Positions 63,471 through 64,000 of a stretch of DNA of 64,000 nucleotides are shown one piece after another. A model generated the notes under the pieces. That model did not search any database and had not been told where the DNA came from. It saw only the letters and a list, made by a program, of their open reading frames with translations. The stretch is taken from assembly GCF_009914755.1 (NCBI RefSeq), contig NC_060943.1, one strand, 5' to 3'. Position numbers and translations under genes: made by a program. The number at the start of each line of letters is the position of its first letter. Position 1 is the first letter of the stretch. This stretch comes from the human T2T-CHM13v2.0 reference genome, Homo sapiens.

Positions 63471-64000
63471 TTTTTTTCCTTTTTTTTTTTTTTTTTCTTT
63501 TTAGAGACAGAGTCTCGCTCTATTGCCCAGGCTGGAGTACAGTGGTGCTATCATAACTCACTGCAGCCTTGAACTTCCAGGCTCAAACAATCCTCCTGCT
63601 TCAGCCTCTTGAGTAGCTGGGACTACAGATGCACACCACCATGTCCATTAATTTTTAATTTTTTTTTATAGAGATGGGGTCTCCCTATGTTGTCCAAGCT
63701 CATCTTGAACTTCTTGCCTCAAGCAATCCTTCTGCCTCAGTCTCCTAAAGTGCTGGGATTGCAGATGTGAGCCAGCATGCCTGTCCTCTTTTTTTTGGGG
63801 GGGGGGCGGGTGGGGTGACGGAGTCTCGCTCTGTTACCCAGCCTGGAGTGTACAGTGGTGTGATCTCGGCTCACTGCAACCTCTGTCTCCCAGGTTCAAG
63901 CAGTCCTCCCACCTCAGCCTCCCAAGTAGCTAGGATTACAGGCATGCACCACCATGCCCAGCTAATTTTTTTTTTTTTTTTAATATTTTTAGTAGAGATG
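63470..64000 (-). mobile_element. AluJ (63470-63785) plus a second Alu running off the window end
   Basis: Two antisense Alus. Confidence 0.9.

Overview
Primate (almost certainly human) genomic DNA, mostly interspersed repeats: about 35 Alu/FLAM copies, old L1M pieces, about ten ERV1-class solo LTRs (three MER41A, three LTR8/LTR26-group, MER51, MER4A1, MER39-like, MER34-like), MaLR/ERVL LTRs and a full-length Tigger1. The Tigger1 carries a processed RPL21 retrocopy with an intact 160-codon ORF. The only sign of a real gene is a CpG island at about 57.9-60.2 kb, with GC boxes, an initiator and an ATG-less first exon ending in a perfect CAG|GTAAGT donor at 58992/58993. From memory this exon and the upstream RPL21 pseudogene fit CHST8 (19q13.11, GalNAc-4-O-sulfotransferase 1), but no coding exon is in the window, so the identity is unverified. 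Repeat subfamily names come from remembered consensus sequences and need RepeatMasker/Dfam confirmation. I see no new protein-coding system. The most interesting observations are: (i) a compact SF-1/Pitx/Egr-like motif cluster in intron 1 resembling the LHB gonadotrope module; (ii) a 307-bp pure pyrimidine tract with (GAA)28 about 3.3 kb upstream of the putative TSS; (iii) several locally templated insertion or repair scars inside transposons; (iv) an inverted MER41A pair; (v) the intact RPL21 retrocopy.
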